Of a DNA stretch of 64,000 bases, positions 1-16,918 are shown piece after piece; within the stretch, counting starts at the first letter, position 1, and every line of letters begins with the position of its first letter. The notes below the pieces were generated by a model. The model had not been told where the DNA came from and searched no databases. It saw only the letters and a program-made list of their open reading frames with translations. A program made the translations under genes and the position numbers. Source of the stretch: the human T2T-CHM13v2.0 reference genome, Homo sapiens; NCBI RefSeq assembly GCF_009914755.1, contig NC_060937.1; one strand, 5' to 3'.

Positions 1-3000
1 CACTGCCATATCTTCACTGGCAGATACCACCAAATCATCAGAGAGCTTCTGCAGATGGGCCACTCCCAGCATGCACCTGCTGACAGCAGCCCACACTGCT
101 TCGCCAGTGTGCTTTTGCTCACAGCCTTCTTGTACCACTTCGTTGGTGATTGAAAGCATGAAGCTCACTGCCACTTCCCCAGTGAAGTACTTTTGCCAGC
201 ACGCCCCCTTAAGAGGGTTGTTACCAGTGGACTGGGAATACCTCAGCCCCTCCAGTGAAACAGGATCCTTGAGGAGCCAAAGAACAAAGCTGTGGGCCTG
301 GTCCCAGTCCCCCAGGGTTAGAGCATGCAGCCCAAGAGTGCCGATCTGAGCCTTAGCCCCCTGTGAAATTGTCCAGAAATGAATCCAGTCAACTGAATCC
401 AATTTATACCACATCAAATACACAAGGGCATCACAGAATATAAAACCAATAAGCCCCATCCAAAGTATAGCAACTTGAAAGATTACAGGATCATTAGCCC
501 ACACAGATGAGAAAGAACCAGTGCAAGAACTCTGGCAACTTAAAAAACCAGAGTGTCTTCTTACCTCCAAATCATTGTGCTACTTCCCCAGAAATAGTTC
601 TCAACCACACTGAAATGACAGACAGAACATTCAGAATCTGAATAGAAATGAAGATCATCAAGATTCAGGAGAAACTTAAAACCCAATCCAAGAAATCAAA
701 GGAAGCCAGGAAAACAATATAAGAGCTGAAAGACAAAATAGCCATTTTTAAGAAAGAACCTAAACTGATCTGATAGAGCTGAAAACTCACTACAAGAATT
801 TCATAATACTTATAAGTATAAAATCATAATAGACCAAGCTGAGGAAAGAATCTCAGAACTCAAAGATCAGTTCTTTGAATCAACTCAGTCAGACCAAAAT
901 AAAGAAAAAAATTTAAAAAGAATTAAGAAAACCTTCAAGAAATATGAGATTATGTAAAGAAACAAAACCTACAACTCAGTGGCATCCCTGAAAGAGGGGA
1001 GAGAGCAAGCAACTTGGAAAAAATATTTGAGGATATTGTTCAAGAAAATTTCCCCAAACTCACTAGAGAGGTCAACATTCAAATTCAAGAAATTCAGCAA
1101 AGCTCTGGGAGACACTATACAAAATGACCATTCCCAAGACAAATAGTCATCAGATTCTTAAAGGTCAGTGAGTAAGAAAAAAATATTTAAGGTAGCTAGA
1201 GAGAAGGGGAAAGGTTCTCTTCAAAGGGAACCCCATCAGGCTAACAGTGGACCTTTCAGTGGACAGCCTACAAGCCAGAAGAGAATGATTGCCTATGTTC
1301 AGCATCCTGAAAGAAAATAAATTTCAACCAAGAATTTCATATCCAGCCAAAATAAGCTTCATAAAATAGTTTTCAGAGAAGCAAATACTAACAGAATTTG
1401 TTACCACCAGACCTGCTTTAGAAGATGTCCTTAAGAGAATGGTAGACACGGAAACAAGGGACGGTAGCCAGCCATGACAAAAATACAATTTAGTACATAG
1501 ACCATTGACATTATGAAGCAACCATATAAACAAGTCTACATAACAACCAGCTAACAACATAATGACAAGGTCAAATATACACACATCAGTATAAACTTGA
1601 ACATAAATGAGATAAACAGCCCATTTGAAAGATACAGACTGACACATTGGATAAAGAAGCAAAACCCAATGGTATGCTATCTTCAAGATACCCATCTCAC
1701 ATGCAATGATACTCATAGGCTCAAAGCAAAGGCTAAAAAAAGAGCAGGTTGCTATCCTTATTTCAGACAAAACAGACTTTAAATCAACAGTGCTTTTCTT
1801 TTTGAATAAAGGCTTAAATTTAACAAGAAGACTTAATTATTCTAAATGTATATGTACCCAACACTGGAACATCCATATTCATAAAACAAGTTTCTAGAGA
1901 CCTATAAATACACTTAGATAACCACATAATAATAGTGGAAGACTTAAATACCCTACTAATAGTGTTAGATAGATCAATGAGGCAGAAAACTAACCAAGAT
2001 ATCTGGGATCTAAACAGGAACATCTGACTAAAATGATTAAACAAACATGTACAGAATTCACTAAACAAAACCAGAATATCCATTATTCTCATCTGCACAT
2101 GGCACATACTCTAAAATTCACCACATGCTTGGCCATAAAGCAATTCTCAACAAATTCACAAAATCAAAATCACACCAACCATACTCTCAGATCACAGTGT
2201 AATTAAAATAGAAATCAATACAAATAAGATCTCTCAAAACCATACAATGACATAGAAATTAAACAATATGCTCTTGAATGGTTCTTGGGTAAACAATGAA
2301 ATTAAGGCAGAAATCAAGAAATTCTTTAAAACTAACGAAAACAAAGATAAAACATACCAGAATCTCTGGGGCATAGCTAAAACAGTGTTAAGGGGAAAGT
2401 TTATAGCATTAAATATTCACATCAAAAAGTTAGAAAGATCACAAATTAACAACTTAACATCACACCTAGGGGAACTATGAAAACAAGAGCAAACCGACCA
2501 ATAAGGTAGCAGAAGAAAAGAAATACCCAAAATCAGAGCTGAACTGAACAAAATGGAGGCATGAAAAAACATATAAAAGATAAATAAAACCAAAAGCGTG
2601 TTCTTCAAAAGAATACAAAAGATTGATATACAACTAACTAGACTAATAAAGAAAAAAAAGAGAGAAAATTGAACACAATCAGAAATGACAAGTGGACATC
2701 ACCACTGACTCCACAGAAAATTAAAAAAAAAACTCTCAGAACTATTATAAATACCTCTATGCACACAAACTAGAGAACCTGGAAGAAATAAATGAATTCC
2801 TGGAAACATACAATTTCCCAAGATTGGACCAGGAAGAAATTGAATCCCTAAACAGACCAATAATGACTCCCAAAATTCAATCAGCAATAAAAAAATCTGT
2901 CAACCAGAAAAAGCCCTGAACCAGATGGATTTGCAGCTAAATTCCACTAGATGTATAAAGAAGAGCTGGTAACAATACTACTAAAACTACTCCCATAAAT

Positions 3001-5980
3001 AGAGGAAGAAGGACTCCTCCTTAACTAATTCTATGAGGTCAGGATCACTGTGATACCAAAACCTGGCACAGACAGAATAAAGAAAAATTTAGGCCAATAT
3101 CCCTGAAGAACATAGATGTAAAAATCCTCAACAAAATATTAGCAAACTGGACCTGACAGCACATCAAAATGCTATTTCCATGATGAAGTAGGCTTTATTC
3201 TTGGGTGGAAAGGTTGGTTCTATATACACAAATCAATAAATGTGACTCGTTACATAAACAGAACGAAAACAAAAAACCACATGCTTATCTCAATAGACAG
3301 AAAAGTCTTCTGATAAAATTCAATATCCCATCATGTTAGAAACCTTCAGTAAACTAAATATTAGAGGAATATACCTCAAAATAATAAGAGCCATTTATGG
3401 CAAACCTCATACTGAATGGACAAAAACTGGAAACATTCCCCTTGAGAACCAGAATATGTCTAGAATGCCCATTCTCATCACTCTTACTAAACATCATTTT
3501 CGAAGTCCTAGCCAGAGCAATCAGGCAAGAGAAGAAATACAAGGAAACCAAATAGGAAGACAGGAAGTCAACTGTCTGCCTTCTCAGAAGATATAATTCG
3601 ATACCTAGAGAACCTCATAGTCTGCTGAAAGGCTCCTCCACCTAATAAAAAACTTTAGCAACGTTTCAGAACACAAAATAAATGTATTAAAATCAGTATC
3701 ATTTCTATAAACCAGTAACACTCAAACTGAGAAAAAAAATCAAGTACACAGTCTCATTGACAATAGCCACGAAAAAAGAATCAAATACTTGGAAATACAA
3801 GTAACTACGGAGGTGAAAGATCTCTACAATGAGAATTACAAAGCACTACTGAAAGAAATCAGACACATCACAAACAAATGGAAAAACATTTCATGCTCAT
3901 GGATTAGAAGAATCAATATTGTTAAAGTGGTCATATTGCCCAAAGAGATTTAGAGATTCAATGCTATTTCTATCATACTACCAACCATGTTTTCACAGAT
4001 TTAGAAAACTTTATTCTAAAATTCATGGGAAACCAAAAACGAGCCTGCATAGCCAAAGAATTCCCAAGTAAAAAGAACAAAGCCAGAGGTATGACACTAC
4101 TTGTATGAGTCCATTCTCACATTGCTATAAGGAAATACCTGAGACTGGGTAATTTACAAAGAAAAGAGGTTTAATTGGCTCATGGTTCCACTGGCTGAAT
4201 AGGATACGTGATGCTGACATTTGCTCAGCTCCTGAAGTGGCGTCAGGAAACTTACAATCAAGGCACAAGGCAAAGGGGGAGCAGACACATCACATGGTTG
4301 GAGCAGGAGCAAGAGGGAGAGTGAGGAAGGAAGTGCTACACACTTTTAAACAACTGGATCTCACAAGAACTTACTCACTGCCATGAGAACAACACCAAGA
4401 GGATGATGCTAAACCATTCATGAAAAAAAAAAAATGCCCCTATGATTCAATCACCTCCCACCAGGCCCCACTTTCAACACTGGGGGCTACATTCAGCAAG
4501 AGATTTTGCCAGGGACACAGATCTAAACCACATTACTACCTGAGTTCAAACTGTACTACAAGGCTTTAGTAATCAAAACAGCATGGTACTGGTACAAAAA
4601 ACAGACATATAGACCAACAGAACTGGTTAGCGAACTTAGAAATAAAGCCACACAACTATAACCATCTGATCTTCAACAAAGTTGATAATAACAAGCAATG
4701 GGGAAAGGGCTCCCTATTCAATAAATGGTGCTGGAATAACTGGCTAGACATATGCAGAAGATTGAAAGTGGACCCCTTCTTTCACCATATACAAAAATCA
4801 ACTCAAGATGGATTAAAGACTTAAATGTGAAACCTAAAACTATAAACATTCTAGAAGAAAACCTATGAAATACTATTATGGACATAGGCTCTGACAAATA
4901 TTTCATGAAAAAGACTCCAAAAGCAACAAAAACAAAAATTGACAGGTGAGACCTAATTGAACTAAAGCACTTCTGCACAGCAAAAGAAACTATCAACAGA
5001 GTAAATGGAAAACCTACAGAATGGAGAAAATATTTGCAAGGTATTTGAACTGAAAATATTTGCATTTAAAAAAGGTCTAATATCCAGAATCTACAACAAA
5101 CTTAAACACATTTACAAGCCAAAAAAAAAACCCTTGTTAAAAAATGGATAAAGGACATGAGCAGACACTTCTCAAAAGAAGATAGATATAAAAGCAACCA
5201 ACAAACATATGAAAAAAGTTCAATATCACTAATCATTATATAAATACAAATCAAAACCACAATGAAATACCACCTCACAACTGTCAGAATGACTGTAAGT
5301 AAAAAAATAGCAAATGCTGGCAAGATTGTGGAGAAAAAGCAATGCTTATACACTGTCAGTGGGAATGTAAATTAGTTCAGCCACTGTGGAAGGTTTGGAT
5401 TTCTCAAAGAACTTAAAACAGAATTACCATTCAACCCAGCAGTTCCATTACTGGGTATATACCCAAAGGAATATAAATCATTCTACCATAAAGACACATG
5501 AGCATGTATGTTCACTACAGCACTATTCACAATACCAAATACATAGAATCAACCTAGATGCCCATCATGCTGGACTAGAAAATAAAAAAAAAAAAGTAGT
5601 GCATATACAGCCTGGCATACGACACCGCCATAAAGAAGAACAAGATCATGTTCTTTACAACAACATGGATGCAGCTGGAGACTATTATCCTAAGGAAATT
5701 GACACAGGAACAGAAAACCAAATACCACATGTTCCCACTTACAAGTGGGAGCTAAACATTGAGTACATATGTACACAAAGAACAGGGCAATAGGCAGTAG
5801 GGTCTACTTGAGGGTAAAGAGCGGGAGAAGGGTGAGGACTGAGAAACTACCTCTTGAGTACTATGCTCATTACCCGTCTGATGAAATAATCTGTATATCA
5901 AATCTCCACGACATGTTATTTACTCATGTTACAAACCTGAACACATACTCCCTTAACCTAAAGTAGAGTTAGAAGGAAAA
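1..5980 (+). mobile_element. Old near-full-length LINE-1 (L1PA13-16/L1PREC-like), heavily mutated; 5' end lies at or before window start
   Basis: Collinear ORF1 remnant (~500-1490) and ORF2 remnant from ~1562 (e.g. [31 protein letters not shown]). The 3'UTR motif 'aaactacctc..gtactatgctcattacc..acaaacctg..aaccta' is typical of older L1PA. Many stops and frameshifts. Confidence 0.9.
4102..4535 (-). mobile_element. MSTA-type MaLR solo LTR inserted into the old L1 ORF2
   Basis: Begins tgtatgagtccattctc and ends aaaccacatta (reverse of MST termini). 5-bp TSD ctact/ctacc. L1 'cactac|ctgagttcaaac' resumes seamlessly. Confidence 0.9.
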
Positions 5981-6939
5981 ACATGAATGCAAATAATTCC
6001 TATCAACAATATAACAAAATATTGAATTAAAAGTCTACTTTTGCTTTGCTTGTTTTAAGATGCTGCAGCAGGAACAGTCATATCCAATCAACCTAAAGTT
6101 CTCAGTTCACCGATCACCTGTCAGGTGAGTTTATGAGGCTGGACAATGGCATGCAGAACAGATTATGCAACAGAAAGAATAATATATAGTCATCTGTTTT
6201 CATTATAGAGCTTTATTTTATTAGCTCTTTTCCACTCGGTTTAAAATATAGAGGATAGTTTGAGAAGAGTAGGTAGCAGCCAGAATTTTTCTTTTGGCTC
6301 AGCATTGCACTGCTTTCAGATCTATTTCCTTCCAAAGCCAATTCATTCTGATTGTTCAGTGCCTTCACAGTCAGCACCTTGAAATTCTTGCTTCCTAGAC
6401 ATTACCATTTTAATTCCCCAAGCACGGGACACATCTGGTCCCCAAAAGCCAGGGTTATGTCCCAGCACCAGTCACTTCACCGGTGATCCTGCACGTTCAT
6501 AAGTCTACGTAGTCAGAGTGAGCCCAGTCAGGACAGGACAAGGCACATTGGCAGCAGAGCTGGCACCACTGGGGAACAAGTGCCTATCTGGCTCCACAAC
6601 TTGTCTGGTTCTGAGAGACTCTGGGAGAGACAAAGAAAGACCATGGCTGATATTAAAGAATCATTGCTGTCTCTGGTCAGGCACTATGGTGTCCACTGGC
6701 ATAGCAAGCATGCCAGCAACAAGAGGGAGACCACAGGAACCAAAGGACAATTTGCGGTGGTTTGGGGCCTCAAACAGGAAAGATGTAGCTTCCTGTTACA
6801 TTTTACCTCCATTTAATTGCACTGGTTCATGAAAAACCCTGAAATATTCATCCATCATGAATATTAACCTCATTTCCATTACTACAAATAGAACTAATAT
6901 TTATATGACATTTGTCCTGTGTGAGGCATAATTGTTAAT

Positions 6940-7090
6940 GCATACTAACTTGTTAGAATTATATGATTTTCATCATCATCTCCATTTTCAAGTGAAGAAA
7001 CTGAAACAGTTTGGGATCATTTCACATTTCCATGGTAGAGGTGTAATTAGCAGCCCAGTGTGCCCATTTTCTTAATTATCCGCCTATACC
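6940..7090 (-). mobile_element. Degenerate MIR fragment
   Basis: 'catctccattttcaagtgaagaaactgaaac' resembles the MIR core motif. Confidence 0.5.
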
Positions 7091-7731
7091 ACATGTCATC
7101 TGGTCTGCAGAACTAAATGGAAGTCCAACCCATGATTTTCATGACTTGGTCAAAAATGGAGATACGATTATATAAAGTTCTCTGACAGTATTATAAGTGT
7201 TATAAAACTGATGAAGACTTCCATCTGTTGAATTATTGTTTTATAAGTAATGTCTTGTTCCTTTCTGAGTTTGTTTAGGACTTTATTTTTCTTTGTAGTT
7301 TGCCAAAAGCAGAGAGAGGAGAAAACAGCATCAACAATGTCATTGATTTTAAGATAATTTTTTTTCTTAAAACTATTATGTAACAACTACCAATGTAATT
7401 GGTGGGAGGTCAGTAAGAGGTCACTGTTGTTACCTAAAAATCGTGGTGCAAATCGAAGCCATATTCAGCAAACAAAATATTCTTCAAATAAGTCATAGCA
7501 ATAATTTCTAAAATTTAGCAAATGATTTGGAAATGTTTTGAATTATTAATAAAAGATTTGTATTATAAATTGTACCACTTGGTAAGCAAATTTGAATAAT
7601 GTATTAGTCACAGAATGGAAAGTAATATATATTTTAAATTTCAATTTATATTTTAACTTTAAATTAGTTTAAGATTTCACACTAGTTATTAAATAATATG
7701 AATATCACACCAGTATTTAAGATTAAAAATT

Positions 7732-8639
7732 GAGGGGGAGGAGCCAAGATGGCCGAATAGGAACAGCTCCAGTCTACAGCTCCCAGAGTGAGCGACACAG
7801 AAGACGGGTGATTTCTGCATTTCCATCTGAGGTACCGGGTTCATCTCACTAGGGAGTGCCAGACAGTGGGCGCAGGTCTGTGGGTGCGCGCACCGTGCAT
7901 GAGCCGAAGCAGGGTGAGGCATTGCCTCACTTGGGAAGTGAAAGGGGTGAGGGAGTTCCCTTTCCTAGTCAAAGAAAGGGGTGACAGACGGCACCTGGAA
8001 AATCGGGTCACTCCCACCCAAATCCTGCACTTTTCCGAACAGGCTTAAAAAACGGCGCACCAGGAGATTATATCCCGCACATGGCTCAGAGGGTCCTACA
8101 GAGTCTCACTGATTGCTAGCACAGCAGTCTGAGATCAAACTGCAAGGTGGCAGCGAGACTGGGGGAGGGGTGCCCGCCATTATCCAGGCTTGCTTAGGTA
8201 AACAAAGCAGCCCGGAAGTTCGAACTGGGTGAAGCCCACCACAGCTCAAGGAGGCCTGCCTGCCTCTGAAGGTTCCACCTCTGGGGGCAGGGCACAGACA
8301 AACAAAAAGACAGCAGTAACCTCTGCAGACTTAAATGTCCCTGTCTGACAGCTTTGAAGAGAGCAGTGGTTCTCCCAGCATGCAGCGGGAGATCTGAGAA
8401 CCGGCAGACTGCCTCCTCAAGTGGGTCCCTGACCCCTGACCCCCAAGCAGCCTAACTGGGAGGCACCCCCCAGCAGGGGCAGACTGACATCTCACACGGC
8501 CAGCTGGGTATTCCAACAGACCTGCAGCTAAGGGTCCTGTCTCTTAGAAGGGAAACTAACAAACAGAAAGGACTTCCACACCAGAAACCCATCTGTACAT
8601 CACCAACATCAAAGACCAAAAGTAGATAAAACCACAAAG
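7732..8639 (+). promoter_or_regulatory. L1 5'UTR internal sense promoter plus antisense promoter; intact YY1 site at 7745-7754
   Basis: caagatggcc near the 5' end; the most CpG-rich stretch of the window apart from AluY; collinear with the L1 5'UTR. Confidence 0.8.
8106..8180 (-). pseudogene. L1 ORF0 remnant, truncated after 24 codons
   Basis: Minus strand reads MAGTPPPVSLPPCSLISDCCASNQ*. The TGA falls at the position of an Arg CGA codon (CpG decay). Confidence 0.8.
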
Positions 8640-9678
8640 ATGGGGAAAAAACAGAGCAGAAAAACTAGAAACTCTAAAAAGCAGAGGGCTCTCCTCCTCC
8701 AAAGGAACACAGTTCCTCACCAGCAACGGAACACAGCTGGATGGAGAATGACTTTGATGAGCTGAGAGAAGAAGGCTTCAGATGATCAAATTACTCCGAG
8801 CTATGGGAGGACATTCAAACCAAAGGCAAAGAAGTTGAAAACTTGAAAAAAATTTAGAAGAATATATAACTAGAATAACCAATAAAGAGAAGTGCTTAAA
8901 GGAGCTGATGGAGCTGAAAACCAAGGCTCGAGAACTACATGAAGAATGCAGAAGCCTCAGGAGCCGATGCGATCAACTGGAAGAAAGGGTATCAGCGATG
9001 GAAGATGAAATGAATGAAATGAAGCGAGAAGGGAAGTTTAGAGAAAAAAGAATAAAAAGAAACGAGCAAAGCCTCCAAGAAATATGGGACTATGTGAAAA
9101 GACCAAATCTACATCTGATTGGTTTACCTGAAAGTGACGGGGAGAATGGAACCAAGTTGGAAAACACTCTGCAGGATATTATCCAGGAGAACTTCCCCAA
9201 TCTAGCAAGGCAGGCCAACGTTCAGATTCAGGAAATACAGAGAACGCCACAAAGATATTCCTCGAGAAGAGCAACTCCAAGACACAAAATTGTCAGATTC
9301 ACCAAAGTTGAAATAAAGGAAAAAATGTTAAGGGCAGCCAGAGAGAAAGGTCGGGTTACCCACAAAGGGAAGCCCATCAGACTAACAGCAGATCTCTCGG
9401 CCGAAACTCTACAAGCCAGAAGAGAGTGGGGGTCAATATTCAACATTCTTAAAGACAAGAATTTTCAACCCAGAATTTCATATCCAGCCAAACTAAGCTT
9501 CATAAGTGAAGGAGAAATAAACTCCATAAGTGAAGGAGAAATAAACTCCTTTACAGACAAGCAAATGCTGAGAGATTTTGTCACCACCAGGCCTGCCCTA
9601 AAAGAGCTCCTGAAGGAAGCACTAAACATGGAAAGGAACAACCGGTACCAGCCGCTGCAAAATCATGCCAAAATGTAA
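8640..9678 (+). pseudogene. L1 ORF1p (RNA-binding chaperone), disrupted near the N-terminus
   Basis: ATGGGGAAAAAACAG start at 8640, then indels and a stop before 8908. The 256-aa C-terminal part is intact (REKG, ARR, YPAKLS motifs) and carries an 8-aa duplication. Confidence 0.93.
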
Positions 9679-9714
9679 AGACCATCGAGACTAGGAAGAA
9701 ACTGCATCAACTAA

Positions 9715-13565
<3,851 letters not shown>

Positions 13566-13869
13566 ACAATGAGAACACATGGACACAGGAAGGGGAACAT
13601 CACACTCTGGGGAATGTTGTGGGGTGGGGGGAGGGGGGAGGGATAACATTGGGAGATATACCTAATGCTAAATGACGAGTTAGTGGGTGCAGCACACCAG
13701 CATGGCACATGTATACATACGTAACTAACCTGCACACTGTGCACATGTACCCTAAAACTTAAAGTATAATAATAATAAATAAAAATGTAAAGAAAGATTA
13801 AAAATTATCTTACTATCAATTAAGTTATTATTTTCTTATACTAGCCAGTTTTCAATGCTCCTCAAATTA

Positions 13870-14010
13870 GTGTGTATATGTGTATATATATATGTACACA
13901 TACATATATAAACAATAGTATTCATATATATATAAACTATTGTTTAAACACTTTTCTATATATGCATGTGTGTGTATGTGTATATATGTGTGTTTATATA
14001 TATATAACAT
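13870..14010. repeat. (TA)/(TG)-rich low-complexity tract
   Basis: Runs such as gtgtgtatatgtgtatatatatatg. Confidence 0.7.
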
Positions 14011-14633
14011 AGATAGTATTTTTTCTTGTATCTTAGTGTTCTGAGTTCACCTTTCTTCTTCTCTTCTTCCTGAAGTACATACTTGAAACCTCATTCACAG
14101 AATAACACATATTTTGATTTCTTTTTCAATCTCTGATTCATTCATCAAAATTTTCTATATTTCACTCCCATTCGATGATAGTTTAGTTACTCTCTACCAC
14201 AACATTGAAAATATTACTTTATGTTTTTCTTGCCTCTTCTGCTGCAATTAAGAAGACTTTCATCAATCTAATTACTATTGTTTTGTATGTAGTCTCTCTT
14301 TCTGGGGGTTTTTAGGGTTACTTCATTTGTCTTTAGTGTTTTACATTTTTATTATAATTAATTATGGCATTTTTTGATCTGCTCAAAACATGAGACATGG
14401 AATGCTTTTAAATTTTAAGATTCATGGTTCTATTATTTCTTTTTTTTCTGAAAATTCTTTTATAGGTACATTTTCCTTTAATTATTTGTGTTTTCCCTCA
14501 TCTCCTCATCTCTCTATGTTGGAATTTGGGTAATTTTCCGAAGGTTATCCAACTACTCCAAAGAAATCCTGTAACTTTTGAGTGATTTTTATCTGTCTTT
14601 TTTTTTTATTGCTTTGTTATATATTTAGCGGAT

Positions 14634-15021
14634 TGTATTAGTCCATTCTTGCACTGCTATAAAGAACTACCTGATACTGCATAATTTATAAAGAAAAGAG
14701 GTTTAATTGCCTCAGGGTTCCATAGGCTGTACAAGAAGCATGGCTGGGGAGGCCTTAGGAAACTTACAATTTTGGCAGAAGGCAAAGGGGAAGCAGGCAT
14801 GTCTCACATGGCTGCAACAGGAGGAAGTGGGGGTAGATGCCACACATGTTTAAACAACTATATCTTGTGAGAAATGTATCACGAGAACAGCACCAAAGGG
14901 AAGGTGCTAAACCATTCATGAAGAATCCACTTCCATGATCCAATCTCCTCCCAACAGGACAATATTGAGGACTACAGTTGAACATGAGATTTGAGTGGGG
15001 ACACAGATCCAAACCAAATCA
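14634..15021 (-). mobile_element. MSTA-type MaLR solo LTR
   Basis: tgtattagtccattcttgc ... gacacagatccaaaccaaatca; TSD cggat/gggat. Confidence 0.9.
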
Positions 15022-16404
15022 GGGATTTATATGTTGTGTTTCTCAGTTTAGATTTTCCTACATTGTATGGTAGCATAAATTATGATCTCAAATTTAGAAT
15101 TAGATTGTAGATTAAAAGTTATGTTTTTCACAGAAAAATATAATTCTTGGCTAGGACTGGAAGGAGGCAAATTTACTGCTATGTCACTGAACAAACAGGT
15201 GGAATTTGTTAGTCTCCTCTCTCTGGGGTTGTAATCTTCGCATTTCCAGGTTTGTGATGATTTCCTCTTCCAGCTCCCCTTCTCACGGTGGCCTGATGAT
15301 CCTCCAGGCCTGCCATGACCATCAGCAGCTCCTGTTCCTACTGCTGTGAATCACAATATTCCTCTTCATTTTTAGACCCTACAGGTTTCCTTTCCTTTAT
15401 TGCAAGCTTGGACAATTATCGAAAATGATATAATTATTTTTTCCCAGAATCTTTTATTGTTTGGATGGATAAGGATTCTGGCCAACCTAGTCTAACATTT
15501 TGTCAGAATTAGACAGATTTCTTTTTATATTGTTATTTCAAAGCAGGTTTTCTTCTATATTTGGGTAGAAGCCATCCCTAATTATGGAATAATTTGCAAC
15601 GAGGCTTATTTCCGCACATGGGCCTGGAACTCCCTTTACATAAAAAAACACAATAACATACACATACAAAAGAGTCAGATGGTGAGAGGAGATGCAACGT
15701 TGTATATCTGCAAGTTGCTCCATACTAATGGGGACAGAATTATGTTAGCGAGGCCTGTGGCAAATATCAAGAGTGAAGCTGCTCCAGGAGTTGGGACTCT
15801 TACAGGGAAGTCTGCAGTGAAGGCTATTGTCCTTCAGAAGCTTGTGTGAGGTAAGCGCATTGATAGGATACAGTGCTTTCAGAACAGAAAGCGTATTAGA
15901 ATCACTTAGCTTCTTAAAAATAACCATTTATGGAGCCCACAGTTCTCTTTAATGTGCTTAACTGGGCCTAGGGATCTATACTGTGACACATACTTTGAGT
16001 GATTCCATGTAGATGGTTTATGGCATATTGAGCTGCTTTGTTGAATGTCTGGGAAAAGGCATAGTTAAGAAATTAATAGTGGGGAAAGTGAAACTGGTTA
16101 ACAAAGTGCTTTGAAGCCACCAATAAGGGGTCTACGCTTTATCTAGATGATTAATAGGGAGACTGAAAATTTCAAAAAGGCAATGTGATGTGAAAACATT
16201 ATAATATATGATGTATTTATAAATAGCACAAATGAAATCAATGTTAAATTTCCTTAAAGGTCTATGATAAAGCATGAGTTAGATCAGGGATTTTCAACCT
16301 ATGACCCAAGGGCTAAATGAATGTTGTTTTCATGTTGCTTTTTTCTGTATGGCCAGTGAACTAAGAATGATTTTTAAAGGACTGTGGGCCCAAAATAATT
16401 ACAC

Positions 16405-16476
16405 ATGTGTGTACCTGTGTGTGTGTGTATCTATCTATCTATCTATCTGTCTATCTATCTATCTATCTATCTATCC
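16405..16476. repeat. (TG)n then (TCTA)n compound microsatellite
   Basis: Read directly from the sequence. Confidence 0.9.
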
Positions 16477-16479
16477 ATT

Positions 16480-16918
16480 CAGTTGACCAATTGACCTTTG
16501 AACAACTTGGTTTTAACTGCATGGGTCCACTTATATGTGGACTTTCTTCTGCCTCTGCCACCCCTGAGACAGTGAAACCAACACCTCTTCCTACTCCTCT
16601 TCAGCCTGCTCAACATGAAGACATCAAGATGAAGACCTTTGGAATAATCCACTTCCACTTAATGAAAAGTAAATATTTTTCTTCCTTATGATTTTTAATA
16701 GAGAAAATTTTATTTTCTGTAGCTTACTTCATTATAAGAATATGGTATATACATATAATAAACAAAATACATGTTAATTGAATGTTTATGTTATCAGTAA
16801 GCCTCCTGGTAAACAGTAAGCTATTAGTAGTTAAGTGGGGAATCAAAAGTTATACACAAATTTTCTACTGCCTGGGAGATCTGTACCCCTAACCCCCACA
16901 TTGTTAAAGAGTCAACTG
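16480..16918 (+). mobile_element. Tigger2a/MER28 (TcMar-Tigger)
   Basis: TIRs cagttgacc..ttgaacaac and ttgttaaagagtcaactg followed by TA; internal 'gccacccctgagacag..tcaacatgaagac'. Confidence 0.88.

Noticed and set aside
6518-6832. 104-aa ORF in unique DNA
   Set aside because: GTG start, no recognisable domain, length within chance expectation.
13621-13642. G-quadruplex-forming G tract
   Set aside because: Standard feature of every L1PA 3'UTR.
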